A DNA stretch of 55,810 bases from Pseudovirgaria hyperparasitica (taxonomy: Eukaryota): assembly GCA_010093815.1 (NCBI GenBank), contig ML996572.1; one strand, written 5' to 3'. Of this stretch, positions 1-14,105 are shown piece after piece. Under the pieces are notes generated by a model. The model was not told where the DNA came from and did no database searches. It saw nothing but the letters and a program-made list of their open reading frames with translations. The position numbers were made by a program, and so were the translations under genes. Numbering within the stretch: the first letter of the stretch is position 1; each line of letters begins with the position of its first letter.

Positions 1-793
1 CGTACCGCTAGATAGGGATACATTAGATACGCTGTAATTATGTACACATCTGCCTCGAAGTTTTCATAGCAACTCTGCATTGATTTTGTGCCTTTTGCAA
101 GCCCTCTATTGTGGTTTTCATGTGTTGTTGAACGTGTCATTGGCGGTTTCATGTTGCAGACGGGAAAGGTATTTTATTGGCGCCAGTGCTACGTACCGCT
201 TGCACAATGCCGCCCGCCAGCAACAAAATGTTTCATGTTCCATCACCCTCTCCGAGTCTCAGCCCTTCGTTGACTGTTTATATTGATGAGTTGAGACTGG
301 CAGTATCATGATCGGAGGGCATGGCATCGTGTAAAGGCTGATTGTTGTACACGACCCAGTCAACAATTACGTCCCGAGCGGATGCTGGTGATCAGTCGTG
401 TTCCAGTAACAATGTTCACGAACAATGCAATAGACATCCGCCACACTTCATCTCAGGTTGTGTCTTATCACCCAAGACTGTCTCCTATTCAATGTTTGCT
501 GAGTTCGTCAACACACTGGGTAGGTGACATTGTGTCAATTGCTCCCATCCCTACTACTCCACTACTACTACAACTTCCGAGTACCTACGCATCTTCCCTT
601 CCTCCTTTTTCGTTCCTTCTGCGCTCCCATTCGCAACGGCTTATCCTTCACTGTACACATCTTATCATACTGCTGGTCAGCTTTCGTATTCAGATCTGGA
701 CATCTTCCACGACTCGCGTCAGGCGCATCTTCTTACCCGCGAGCATTCGCTTTTACTCTCGCATAGTTCCTTTCGAGCATTCGTTAATTCAAT

Positions 794-1969
794 ATGCATT
801 CGTTGGCTTCTACATTAACGTGGGCTCTTATAAGTTCCGTCTATTTCCAACATTGCGCAGCGATTTATACATTGGTCGATGATTACGCCGGGACAAACTT
901 CTTCTCTGGCTTCGACTTCTTTAGCGACAAAGACCCTACCGATGGATTCGTACAGTACCAGCCAGAACCTGATGCTATCAGCAAAGGCCTCGTTGGCTAT
1001 CTTAAGGATGACCTAGTCCCTGGAGGACAGGCCAATATATCATCCGTCCTCGTAGGCGTCGACTACACCGCAAAGGTCACGGATAAGGGGCGTCCCTCTG
1101 TCCGTCTCGAGGGCAAAAAAGGATACGATACAGGTCTGCTCGTTGCCGACATCCTCCACATGCCCGACTCTATCGATGGGTCCTGGCCTGCGCTATGGCT
1201 GCTAGGCATGGATGCCGAGTGGCCCACAGACGGCGAAATTGACCTCGTCGAAGGCGTGAACAGTGCTGTCAACAATGCTGTTACTCTCCACACCACACCA
1301 GGCTGCTCCATTTCCACCGACAACGGCGGTGGCAAAGCATTCTCCGGTACAGTTGTAACGGACAACTGCGACGTGAACGCGGAGGGCCAGGGCAAGAACG
1401 TCGGCTGCTCCATCTATATGGCCAACAGCACCGGCCCATCTGACCCATTAGCCAACTATGGCACTGCCTTCAACGCCAACGGAGGCGGCATCTACGTCCT
1501 TGAATGGGGCACGAGCGGCATCTCCGCCTGGTTCTTCTCGCGCTCACAAGCATCCACATTCCCACCCTCGCTTCTCGGCCAAACGCCCGACCCAACTGAA
1601 TTCGGCACCCCGGTCGCGCTCTTCAAGGGCGAGTGCGACTATGCGAGCCATTTCCGGAAGCTGCGCATCATCATCAACACCACGTTCTGCGGAGCATGGG
1701 CCGGCCAGGTATGGAACGAACAGGGCTGTGCTGACCGCACAAAGGCCGCGACTTGCGAGGAGTATGTCCAGAATAACCCCGATGCGTTCCAGGAAGCGTA
1801 CTGGGAGTTTAGGGGTCTCAGAGTGTTCGGTGACGGCACGGATACGGAGACTAGGAGGGCGGATGGGAGGTTCAGGAGGGACGTGGTGCGAAGAGAGGAG
1901 CGTGCGAGGATGACTCCACGACACATCGCACGGCCAGGGCAGAAGAGAGCTGTTAAGCTGAGGGTATGA
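794..1969 (+). CDS. Secreted GH16 endo-1,3(4)-beta-glucanase (fungal Lam16/MLG-type)
   Basis: 391-aa single-exon ORF with N-terminal signal peptide, DPTDGFVQY motif, WPALW and catalytic GEIDLVEG (ExDxxE), and C-terminal INTTFCGAWAG / AYWEF motifs typical of fungal GH16. Confidence 0.92.
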   Translation: MHSLASTLTWALISSVYFQHCAAIYTLVDDYAGTNFFSGFDFFSDKDPTDGFVQYQPEPDAISKGLVGYLKDDLVPGGQANISSVLVGVDYTAKVTDKGRPSVRLEGKKGYDTGLLVADILHMPDSIDGSWPALWLLGMDAEWPTDGEIDLVEGVNSAVNNAVTLHTTPGCSISTDNGGGKAFSGTVVTDNCDVNAEGQGKNVGCSIYMANSTGPSDPLANYGTAFNANGGGIYVLEWGTSGISAWFFSRSQASTFPPSLLGQTPDPTEFGTPVALFKGECDYASHFRKLRIIINTTFCGAWAGQVWNEQGCADRTKAATCEEYVQNNPDAFQEAYWEFRGLRVFGDGTDTETRRADGRFRRDVVRREERARMTPRHIARPGQKRAVKLRV

Positions 1970-2755
1970 CTGGTTTAGAGTAAAGGATTGTAATTTATAT
2001 TCCCGTCATTAAGTGCTTCTTTGTGCATCTCGTGCTCGCGCCATGTATCCATTTCGATTGAATGGAGGCATCTCATGGCGTAGTGTGAGAGTGCCATGTG
2101 TGACGAACTTGCTCGTTTCGAGCTCAAAATATGATATACAGGCAGGCCTATTCGCATAGAAAATACTAAAACTATAGGATAACCCTGCACCCAAAAAAAG
2201 GGCATCAGGGCTACGAATCAGGGGTTGGAGTGGCAAGTATGGTATGTAGAAACAAGGCAGTACGTACCAAAGAAATCTCTAGGAGCACGGATTTCGACTT
2301 TTCCTTTTCCCATACTGTGTATATAGTAGCTGAAGCTCGATTTAATAGAGGTTACTTGGTATGGTGCACGCTGCATGATTCGAGACTCGTTTGCAGCTAT
2401 ATAGCCGACCACATCGGCCGGTGCACACGTGCACGGTGAACTTCAAAAGTGGAAGTCAAACTTCTTCATTCGAAAGATTAAACTACCACCTATCAAGACA
2501 AAGGCTTCTTCATTCCACAATCCAACCAAAATGTCCGAACACAAGCTCTTCATGCGCCAACCTCATCACAAACGACCAACCCCATGCCCCCTGATAGTAC
2601 GAACTTTCAAATATAGAACCAAGTGTCCGCGTTTTTGGCTTGGTTGATACAGCCAACAATAGAACCATCATTCCCGCACCACCAAGGCAGACTGCCCACT
2701 TCACAAGCCCAAAGCTATGCACACAGAAAAATGTAAACAAGGCATCGAGAAATTT

Positions 2756-4511
2756 CTACAGGAGAACCATGGCGGCACCCGAGAGACCAGCGACAGTGAG
2801 GTATACGCTTAGAGAAGCGAAACCCATGTTCAAAGTCGCCAGTGTCACTCCAGCAGCAGAACCCTCATCGCCCGTGCCTGTGCCGGCACCAGCGCCGTTC
2901 GTCCCACTGGGCTGACTCGTGACCGTGCCAGTGCCGTCAGTACCTGCCTGGCTCATCAGGTTTTTGCATGTGTCGCTCTGGGACGAAGCACGCTTGGAGG
3001 ATGCCTTGCCATCGAAGTCGCACGCATTAGATTGGCCATTTTGGGCGGCAGCATATTTGTTCATGACAAAGGACAGCTGTTCTGTGGAATTGCACATGCC
3101 ATAGGCGCCATATACGCCAGTTGTGGCATTATGGGCAATGCCATCACAGGCAGAGTCGCTGCTCGCACAGATGTAGTCGAAGATATCAGCATAATCTTCA
3201 GTGCTGGTATCTGCGTTAACTGCGCAAGTCAAGGATGCAGTCATGCATGAGCAGAGCTCAGGATTGGCACTCGGTGGTAGAGGGGTCGACTCAGCCAACC
3301 AGGCAGTGTTGACGGCCGGACAGTCTGCCGGTACAGTGTTTGTAGGATTATAGCTGTTGGAGTTGACACCGCTGGGGTCAACAGTCGCAATTTGCTTGGA
3401 GTACTCGCTGAAATCGGTAAGGGTAGAGACGGAGCTTCCATCAATCGAAACGAGGCCTGTGAAAATTCAATAGATGATCGTTTAGGTTTGACGAGATACT
3501 TACCAAAGTCATTCTCTTCTTGAAAATACATGTACACAATGCCGCCAGACCAGACCTGAGCCATATCATCTCCGAACAGAACGGGAACGTCGGTGAAAGT
3601 ACGAGGCTCTACTTCGTTGCAACCGTACTCGGCAAAGAATACGGGGACGGAGTAGTTGGCGAACTCCTCAGTGCGGTCCTTGTAGCCCGAAGTCTCGTAG
3701 CTAGAATCACCACACCATGAGTAGATGTTGTAACCCCAAAAATCAATGGCTTCGGCAGGGTCACTTCCACAATTGAAGTAATCAGCGAGGTTCTCGCGGA
3801 TTTCTTTGTCGTCGTTGGTGGCGTATCCGACACCAATGGAGCGCAAACCTTGGTTCTTGATGTAGGCCTTGGAATCGCGAACTGCAGCCTTTACGAAGGC
3901 GCTAGCATCAGTGTTTGATGCGTTGTTCGAGACCTCGTTTCCGGCGAAGAAGCCAAGTGTGTTATTGTACTTGGCGAGATTACTGATGACCGAGGTATAA
4001 CGGCTGTAGAGATTGTCATCCCAAGAAGGGTCGTCGCGGTTGATCGACTCGGAGGGTTGAGACAGATCAGCAATCACGTATATGCCAGCATCTGCCAACA
4101 TCGACATGCATTCGTCATGGTTATTGTCGGGATCGACAGCGTATACGCGAATTGTATTGGTACGGAGCTCTGTCAGGAAGGGTATGTCACGCCTGCAGCT
4201 GTCGACGTCCGCGAGAGGGTCACTGTAGGTTGCGCCTGGTACGGCAGTTGTGTTTGTTGAGACATCACGCTGGTAAGCAACACCGCGCATGAAACTGTGC
4301 ACATATGAGTAAAGCGACAAAGAGGTTGGAAGGACAAGCGAACAATTGTGTCCCGTTGTTACTGTAGAAGAACTTGGAGCCCTGTAAAGGTCAGTGAGTG
4401 CCAAGTTTGGGTTGGAGTGTCAATGCGTACTTTGATTTCGATCGCCGGTACGTCGGCTACGGCAGTGGATACCAGAGCCGCGACGGCAACAGCAACGCCA
4501 AAGTTCTTCAT
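2756..4511 (-). CDS. GPI-anchored 1,3-beta-glucanosyltransferase, GH72 with Cys-rich X8/CBM43 domain (Gel/Gas family)
   Basis: Exons 4511-4431, 4381-4344, 4294-3504, 3456-2756 with GT..AG introns. Signal peptide [26 protein letters not shown] and FFAEYGCN catalytic motifs, Cys-box, Ser/Thr/Gly-rich linker and hydrophobic GPI signal. Confidence 0.95.
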
Positions 4512-7500
4512 TGTCGCCGGAGCGAGTATTGATGGCTTGATAGCGATACAGAGAACGAAGAAGGCAATGCAACGATGTGATGTGATGTGATGCGATGCCG
4601 GGTGGTCAGTATTCTGACGGGTTGTCCTGGCGATGTTTTGCACAACGCGTGGCCAGGTAACAGCACCGGTAGTTATTGTATGGTAAAAGGGTAAAAGAGG
4701 GTAAATGGTTCTAGAACAGCTAGAACGTATCAAGTAAGTGCAAGGCGGAGAACAGATATCGAATAATTATCTTAATGGGACCAGTAATAGCGATTGACGA
4801 CGGTGAGAGAGAAGGCAGGAAGAGAGAGGTCTTGGACAATGCTTAGCATTAACCGTCAGGGGCGAAGAGGCAAAGAAGACCTTAATTAGGTTCACTGCTG
4901 TTCACTCGGATGTTTGGTGTCCGACCCGACTCGGGACTTATCCAGGATGACAAACCGCCAGTCTGACGCGTCCATCACCTGCAGTAACACTTATGTAGCG
5001 GGCTAATACTTTTTGGGCTTCACAACGGTGCCGCAGCCCCAATTCCCAATAAATAACAATGACTGGGTCCTCAAGTCTTCTTTGCCTTGTGTGTAGGGTA
5101 TATTTAGACGCTGAAGAGCATACCATAGGGTCGAGTGAGCCAGTCGCGGACCTCGAGAAGCATAAAAGTCTGAGCACTCAGTGGACTGTGTCCCCGCTCA
5201 GGTGGCGTCAGACGAATATAGATGCTTCTGTTACAAGTTACAAGTATTGCATTCACCCAGGGATAAGGGAGGGACTCGAAACGCGCGCGTGTATCTGTAG
5301 TAGTCGTGAATTGACGCTGAAGCTTTTGCAGTAGTAGAGTGCGGAACCATCAATCGACAACCTTTACATGTCGTAGCTAGGTAGACAGTTTTCAATACCT
5401 GTATCCGGACCATAATCCTGCTCTCCGAAGGTCGACTCTCTAATCTAGATGGCCCAGGCATGACTATATACGTCTACGGTCTACGTGTACATGTGTGTGT
5501 CTCAGACGCATGCCCCTGGAGGCTGCACAAGTTGGACTATGATCTACTCCTACTGTCCGCCGCACGTTGCACGCCCCTTACGATTACTCGAGCTCGATAT
5601 TCTGACGCGACGAACCTTACATATTGTTGACAACCAACTAGCACCTGCATGCATATAAACTATGATGAATATGATCCGATGGATCAGTCAGTCAGTTAAG
5701 TCAATCAATCAATCAATCAATGAACCGACCAATCCCAGGATCAATTGGACAGTTTGACAGGTGGACAGGTGTCTCGTGAGAGCAATGGGCCATCACAGCC
5801 ACAGGCTCTGCCCAGCCCCAAGGATAGATCTTAACACGATAAGCTGATAAGTTGCCTAGCGTCGCGCTTAACCACAAGGACGAAGTCTGGATCTGTAATG
5901 AAGAACTCTTTCATTCTTTTTTAAAAAAAAGGCTCTTCGCGGAGGGTAAGGCTGGTGTGACACGTATTCTGAAGCGTAGCGTTCCATGGCGTTCCCACGT
6001 GTACAATCATGCTTGCTTGACCTTTTAACATTTCCCCGAAGTCGTAGCTGAGAGCGTTTGTGAGTAACAACATGACAGGGACAGGGGCACGATTCCAGAT
6101 AGATAATCGAGGTCTTTCGATGCGCGCTGTAGTCGATTCATCAAAGAGGATGGCAGATCAGATGCTGTTTGTAGAAATGATCTAGTACATTTGGGAAATA
6201 TCGATTATGACGTGGAGAGATTGACAATCGAGCTGAAAGCGAAAGCGGTGGAGCGTGGGTGGGTGGCGAGATGTTTCGGACGTCTTGGTGAACGGCTGGC
6301 TGCTGCTAAGGACTGCAACGTCCTCACACCATGGCGGAAAGTCCGGAATGCGGCAGATGCAGTGATATGCCGGCGTAGATTGTAAGTGTGATTCTGCATT
6401 TTGTCTGCTTCTCATACCATCGTCAAATCTCCAGACGATATAGATCTAGGGAGATGTGTGTATGCGTGTCTGACACAGTTTTCAGCAGTGGTGTGTGGTG
6501 TTCCACGCCTCACTCGTTCGGGCAAGGCTTCATGCAAAGAATGCCTCCGACTGGCGAGTCTGAGTGGTTGAGAGGCCGCGCATCCTCGGCCAGGGCAGCC
6601 GCTGGAGTGCTGCGTCGCTAATTATCTTAGTGGAAGACTCCACTCGTCGAGGAGGGCAGAGAGACCCATATTATCATGGATTGATCCGACCCAACAGTTA
6701 CAGCACAGCCAAAAGTTGGGGAGGCACAGGTAGAAAGTACTGTAATTAGTACTACAGAAGCAGAGGCAGAGGCAGAAAGCAGACACCCCCCCCCTACCCC
6801 CAAGGAAACCCCCTGCTGGCCCCCTTAATAATAAACTCAGGTTGGCTTATCAGGCCCCTGCGCTCACTGCACTGCCCGCCACTCCCACCCAGGCCCCGAA
6901 TCTTCCGTCCCCCCTATTCCTCGTTCCTCTACCGCCAAACCTGCTTCTTCTCCTCTTCAACGCTCGCTATCACTCACTCCTACCCTCTGCCCGGATTGCT
7001 CCACTCGTTCTTCGTCTTTCGTTCAACTGCGCTGTGTTTGCCTGTTCTTTCGACTGCTGGGACTCGTCGTACAGAAGGGAGAAGAGGTCTTTCACACTCA
7101 CTCATTCACTCACTTCTTCTATCCTCTCCCTGACGGCTAGTGAATCTCGTTGGAGACAGCGCCACCTACCAATCAGACTTTTCCAGCAGCTGCGCGTCGT
7201 CGCCCACAGCAACAACCGCTCACGTCTTCGTCCACTACAGCCATCCTTTCGTTACCTGCTCCTACCAAGACGATTCCTATATCGTCTGTCCACGATTCGG
7301 AGTCGCTGTCAACTGTGCTTGGACGCTCTGACCTGATTGTTTGATCAGCTCAGTCTCTTTGCTTCATCTACTACACTTTCAACCACAATCCCTCTCTTGA
7401 CGCTCGTTTCTACGCCGACTCTTTTACACTGGTAATCAATCACGAGCATCTTGCTATCGCCACATCGGTAATGGTTACAATCTGACGTGAGTTGACCTTT

Positions 7501-7593
7501 GCTGCGTGTTTCTCACGCTAGGAAACTCAAAGCAGCACGGCTAATCACCCATCGTTTAGATTTAGATCTGCCTAGTCGTAAATAATCGCAGTC
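4512..7593. promoter_or_regulatory. Shared divergent intergenic region of GH72 and FKS1 with candidate Crz1/CrzA-type motifs
   Basis: Head-to-head gene orientation. CACAGCC at 5794-5800 and 6704-6710 resembles the calcineurin/Crz1 response element of filamentous fungi. Short motifs, function inferred. Confidence 0.4.
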
Positions 7594-10500
7594 ATGTCGG
7601 GACAACCACAGGGTGGTCAATACGACGATGGCTACGGCCAAACCAACGACGGATATTACCACGATGACCAACAAGGTTATTATGATCAAGGAAACAACGG
7701 CGGCTATCAAGACCAGCAACACGGCGATGCCTATTATGACGAGTCGTAAGTGGCTTGATTTGAGTTCACATAACGCTTGCTAAATTCTTACAGAGCCTAC
7801 TACGATAACAATAACAACAATGGGCAGTACCAGCAAGATGGCTACTACGACAATAACAACCAGGGCTACCAGGATGAGTACTATAACGATCAATACTATG
7901 ATCAAGGTGGCCGAGGCCAACAGCAATACTCCCAAGGCGGCTATGCTGCAAAACCCAAGCGAAGGGGTCATGATTCGGAGGAAGACTCTGAGACGTTCAG
8001 TGACTTCACTATGCGTTCTGACATGGCTCGCGCTGCGGACATGGATTACTACGGAGGGCGCGGTGATGAGCGCTATAATAGTTACGGTGAAGGACAAGGC
8101 CGTGGGTATCGCCCACCATCTTCTCAAATCTCCTACGGTGGCAACCGCTCCTCCGGTGCATCTACACCAATCTATGGCATGGAGTATGGTAATGCCCTGC
8201 CAGCTGGTCAACGATCACGCGAGCCTTATCCGGCCTGGACGTCTGATGCACAAATTCCATTGACGAAAGAGGAGCTTGAAGACATCTTCATGGACTTGAC
8301 CGCAAAGTTTGGTTTCCAGCGTGACAGCATGCGTAACATGTACGATCATCTCATGACCCTTCTGGACTCCCGCGCCTCTCGCATGACCCCAAACCAAGCC
8401 CTTCTCTCACTTCATGCCGACTACATTGGAGGTGAAAATGCCAATTACCGACGATGGTATTTTGCAGCCCACCTGGATTTGGACGATGCCGTGGGTTTTG
8501 CCAACATGAAACTCGGAAAGGCAGACAGAAAAACACGCAAGGCCCGTGCAAAAGCCAAGAAGGCGGCGCAGAATGGCGAAGCCAATGAAGAGCAAATTCT
8601 GGAAGCATTCGAAGGCGACAATAGTCTTGAAGCAGCCGAGTACCGCTGGAAGAGCCGTATGAACCGCATGTCACAACATGATCGTGCTCGGCAAATTGCT
8701 CTTTATCTTCTCTGCTGGGGTGAAGCAAATCAGGTTCGGTTTATGCCAGAATGCCTCTGCTTCATTTTCAAGTGCGCCGACGATTATCTCCAATCACCAG
8801 CTTGTCAAAACAGGACACAGCCAGTGGAGGAGTTTGAGTACTTGAACAACGTCATCACACCTCTTTATCAATACTGTCGAGACCAAGGCTATGAGATTGC
8901 TGACGGCAAATATGTTCGTCGAGAGCGCGACCACTCTCACATTATTGGTTACGATGACTGCAACCAGTTGTTCTGGTACCCAGAAGGCATTGAGCGCATC
9001 GTGTTGGAAGATAAATCGCGGATCGTCGATCTGAAGCCTGAAGAGCGATATGAGAAACTAAAAGATATCAACTGGAAAAAGGCATTTTTCAAGACATACA
9101 AAGAGAACCGGTCCTGGTTTCACATGTTGGTGAATTTCAACCGTATCTGGGTGATTCACGTCACTGCCTTCTGGTTCTATACGGCCTTCAATTCTCCCAC
9201 TCTCTACACGAAAAATTACGAACAGCAGAAGAACAACCCACCGAAAGCAGCGGCGCAATGGTCTGCAGTCGGTCTCGGCGGTGGCATTGCTTCTCTCATC
9301 ATGATCCTCGCGACTGTCACCGAATGGGCTTATGTACCCCGCAGATGGGCTGGGGCACAACACTTGACAAAGCGACTATTCTTCCTGATTGGCATCTTCG
9401 CTCTGAACATCGCTCCAAGCGTGTACATTCTTTTCATGGATAAGCAAGACGGCAAAATACCATTGATCCTAGGGGTGGTCCAGTTCCTGATTGCTCTGGC
9501 GTCGTTCCTTTTCTTCTCGGTCATGCCCTTGGGCGGTCTATTCGGTAGTTACCTGACCAGGAATTCTCGCCAGTATGTTGCCAGCCAAACTTTCACCGCA
9601 AGCTACCCTCGACTCCGCGGAAACGACATGTGGATGTCTTATGGACTCTGGGTCTCTGTCTTCGCCGCCAAGATGGCCGAATCTTACTTCTTTCTGACTT
9701 TGTCGATTCGTGACCCCATCAGAATTCTCTCAATTATGAAGATTCGCAACTGTGTCGGTGACAAGATTATCGGCACCATCCTCTGCCGGTACCAGCCGCA
9801 AATCCTGCTTGGTCTGATGATCTTCACGGACTTGATTTTGTTCTTCTTGGACACGTACCTTTGGTACATCATACTGAACATGCTGTTCTCGGTTGCTCGA
9901 TCTTTTTACCTGGGTGTCTCGATCTGGACTCCCTGGAGGAACGTCTTCTCGAGACTCCCAAAACGCATTTACTCGAAGATTCTTGCTACTACTGATATGG
10001 AGATCAAGTACAAGCCCAAAGTCCTCATATCGCAGGTCTGGAATGCCATCGTGATTTCAATGTATCGAGAGCACTTGCTTGCCATTGATCACGTTCAGAA
10101 ATTGCTCTACCATCAAGTCCCATCGGAACAAGAGGGCAAGAGGACACTTCGCGCTCCTACCTTTTTCGTCTCTCAAGAAGATCATTCCTTCAAGACTGAG
10201 TTCTTCCCGGCACAGAGCGAGGCGGAACGACGAATCTCCTTTTTCGCACAATCACTCTCAACACCAATACCCGAGCCTCTGCCGGTCGACAATATGCCAA
10301 CTTTCACCGTCATGATTCCTCACTACGGTGAGAAGATTCTGTTCTCCCTCAGAGAAATCATTCGAGAGGACGAGCCATACTCGAGAGTCACTATGCTTGA
10401 GTACCTCAAGCAACTCCATCCTCACGAGTGGGACTGTTTTGTCAAGGACACCAAAATCCTGGCAGATGAGACGTCACAATTCAATGGGGATTACGAGAAG

Positions 10501-13469
10501 AGCGAAAAAGACACGCAAAAGAGCAAGATTGACGATCTACCTTTCTACTGTATTGGCTTCAAATCTGCCGCTCCAGAGTACACTCTTCGCACCCGCATTT
10601 GGGCGTCGCTTCGTGCACAGACTCTTTACCGCACTATCTCTGGCTTCATGAACTATAGTCGCGCCATAAAACTTCTATACCGTGTCGAAAACCCCGAGGT
10701 TGTCCAAATGTTCGGGGGAAATTCCGATAAACTCGAACGCGAATTAGAACGAATGGCTCGTCGCAAGTACAAAATTGTCGTCTCTATGCAGCGTTACGCA
10801 AAGTTCAACAAGGAGGAACGTGAAAACACAGAATTTCTACTCCGCGCGTATCCTGACCTCCAGATTGCTTATCTTGATGAAGAACCGCCTGTCAACGAAG
10901 GCGAGGAACCTCGCCTATACTCCGCTCTGATAGACGGCCACTCCGAGATCATGGAGAATGGTATGCGCCGTCCCAAATTTCGAGTCATGCTTTCCGGTAA
11001 CCCTATCTTGGGTGACGGAAAGTCTGACAACCAGAACCACTGCATTATATTCTACCGTGGCGAATACATTCAACTCATCGATGCTAATCAAGACAATTAC
11101 TTGGAGGAGTGTCTCAAGATTCGCAGCGTTCTGGCCGAATTCGAGGAAATGACGAACGACAATGTCTCACCGTACACACCCGGTCTACCTTCGAACAACT
11201 TCAATCCTGTTGCCATTCTGGGTGCTCGCGAGTACATTTTCTCTGAGAACATTGGTATCCTTGGTGATGTTGCTGCTGGTAAGGAACAGACATTTGGTAC
11301 TATGTTCGCGCGTACCCTGGCTCAAATCGGTGGTAAACTCCATTATGGTCATCCTGACTTCCTCAATGGTATCTTCATGACTACTCGAGGTGGAGTTTCC
11401 AAGGCACAGAAGGGGCTGCATCTCAATGAAGACATCTACGCTGGAATGAACGCACTTCTACGCGGTGGTCGGATAAAGCACTGCGAATACTATCAGTGTG
11501 GTAAAGGCCGTGATCTTGGATTTGGTTCCATTCTCAACTTCACTACAAAGATTGGCACTGGCATGGGAGAGCAAATGTTGTCGCGAGAATACTATTATCT
11601 CGGCACACAGTTACCTCTGGATCGATTCTTGTCCTTCTACTACGCTCATCCTGGTTTCCACATCAACAACTTGTTCATTATTCTGTCGGTTCAGATGTTT
11701 ATGTTCTGTCTGGTCAACCTGGGGGCACTCCGACACGAGACCATCACCTGCAGTTACAACAAGGACCTGCCAATTACCGATCCAGAATATCCCACAGGTT
11801 GTGCAAACCTTGTTCCAATTCTCAACTGGATCCAGATTTGCATCATCTCCATCTTCATTGTCTTCTTCATCTCCTTCGTACCGCTCGTTGTTCAAGAGTT
11901 GACCGAACGAGGTGTCTGGCGCGCGGCGACTCGTCTTGCCAAGCACTTCTCATCCTTGTCGCCACTCTTTGAGGTGTTCGTGTGTCAGATCTACGCCAAC
12001 GCTTTGCATCAAGATTTGTCCTTCGGAGGTGCCCGGTATATCGGAACAGGTCGTGGCTTTGCCACTGCTAGAATCCCATTTGGAATCCTGTATTCCCGAT
12101 TCGCCGGTCCATCTATCTACATGGGTGCACGATCGCTTATGATGTTGCTCTTCGGTACTGTCACCGTCTGGGTGCCGTGGTTGTTGTGGTTCTGGGTGAC
12201 TTGTATCGCTCTCACTATCTCGCCGTTTTTGTTCAATCCTCACCAGTTCGCATGGGGCGATTTCTTCATCGACTACCGCGAATACCTCCGATGGCTTTCC
12301 CGCGGCAACACGCGTTCGCACGCTGCTTCGTGGATTGGTTTCTGTAGGTTGTCCCGTACACGTATCACTGGTTACAAACGTAAAGTTCTCGGTGACCCTA
12401 GCTCTAAACTTTCCGGCGACGTACCCAGGGCACACATAACCAACATCCTCTTCAGTGAAATCATTGGGCCCCTCGTTCTGGTGGCAGTCACATTAATTCC
12501 CTATGTCTTCATCAACTCCCAGGTGGGTGTGATCGACGAGAATGAGGGGAATGGTAAAAAGAAGATCGAGCAGACCAATGCACTCGTACGACTTGGTCTT
12601 GTCGCTTTTGGTCCAGTCGCCGTCAATGCTGGAGTTCTTGCAGGTCTCTTTGGTATGGCTTGCTGCATGGGCCCCATTCTTACAATGTGCTGCAAGAAGT
12701 TCCCTGCTGTTCTCGCTGGAATCGGCCACGGTGTAGCTGTTTTCGGTCTTCTCGCCTTCTTCGAAGTTATGTTCTTCCTTGAGAGCTTTAACTTTGCCCG
12801 TACCCTTCTGGGTATGATTGCTGTTACTGCCATCCAGCGGTGGTTCTACAAGCTTATCATTTCGCTTGCTCTGACCCGAGAATTCAAGGCCGATAGCGCT
12901 AATATTGCGTTCTGGTCTGGCAAATGGTACGCCATGGGTTGGCACACCATCTCCCAGCCTGGTCGCGAATTCCTTTGCAAGATCACCGAACTGGGAATGT
13001 TTGCAGCGGACTTTGTCCTCGGTCACGTTCTACTGTTCATGTTGACGCCTGCACTCCTGCTGCCGTACATCGACAAGCTTCATTCCATAATGCTCTTCTG
13101 GCTCAGACCAAGGTATGTCCAATGCTTGAATCGTTAACACACTTTCTAATCATTTGTAGCCGTCAAATTCGCCCACCAATTTACTCGCTGAAACAGACCA
13201 AATTGCGTAAGAGACGTATCGTTCGATACGCCATCCTGTATTTCGTCATGTTCTTCTTGCTCATTGCACTGGTCGTGGGCCCTGCAGTTATTGGAAAACT
13301 CGAACTATTCGATCCGGCAACCCTGGACCTTCCTCTCCAACTTGTACAACCTGTTAACCTCAACAATAACGACACTCTGGGAACCTCACAGACTGGTACT
13401 GCTATTGCCGGTGGCGCGGATCCCACTGGCAGTGACTCAAGACTACGGATGGTTCGGCTAGCATTTTAG
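7594..13469 (+). CDS. FKS1: 1,3-beta-glucan synthase catalytic subunit (GT48)
   Basis: Exons 7594-7745, 7794-13112, 13160-13469. Unmistakable motifs: [12 protein letters not shown], hot spot 1 [57 protein letters not shown] across intron 2. Confidence 0.99.
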
Positions 13470-14105
13470 AGAGGATTCAATGTTGGACAGCGGATGAATC
13501 TCCGGAAGACATGGCCGTTTGTTCGGAGGACCTGTACAACACTGCGAGCACGACTCTTGTCCATATGCCCCTGCAATGGCAACGTAATGATGTAATCTTT
13601 TTTTGGCTTCGATCCTTGCATTTTTGTTCTGTACGGACCGAGTTCCGGGTGGGCTACAGTATAACCAATTTCCTGAAGTATTCGCTCGTTCACAAAAACT
13701 GAGCCTGGACATGGTCAATCGGCGCATTAACACGTAAATAAACTATCAACACACGGATCAACGTATTCTTGAAAAGTTATAGTAAAGATAGGAAATATAT
13801 TATATCGACTCTCGATCATTTTGTTTGTTTATGAAACTTCCACTCGTGATTGCACACGCGACTTTAATGAGAAGTATTGATATGGCAGTTAAATACATAA
13901 ATTTTCGTCGCCGTAACTTCGTGCTGTGTTGTTCAACTATCGCTTGTTGGTGCCTCAGGCCTCCCGTCAAGAATTAGAGGTCGGATCTCCGCGGCCACGA
14001 CCGCGCGCCATGGACAAGCAGCACGCGTGTCATAGGCAACTTTTCAATTTCTCCCCTTTCTCACCCACGCACCTACAAAGTTTCCTGTAAACCTCCGCCC
14101 TCGAT

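Noticed and set aside
382..882. 166-aa ORF upstream of GH16
   Set aside because: Pyrimidine-rich promoter/5'UTR sequence with low-complexity L/S/P translation and no motifs; overlaps the real gene start.
6842..7336. 164-aa ORF upstream of FKS1
   Set aside because: Non-ATG start in the CT-rich leader of FKS1; no recognisable domain.
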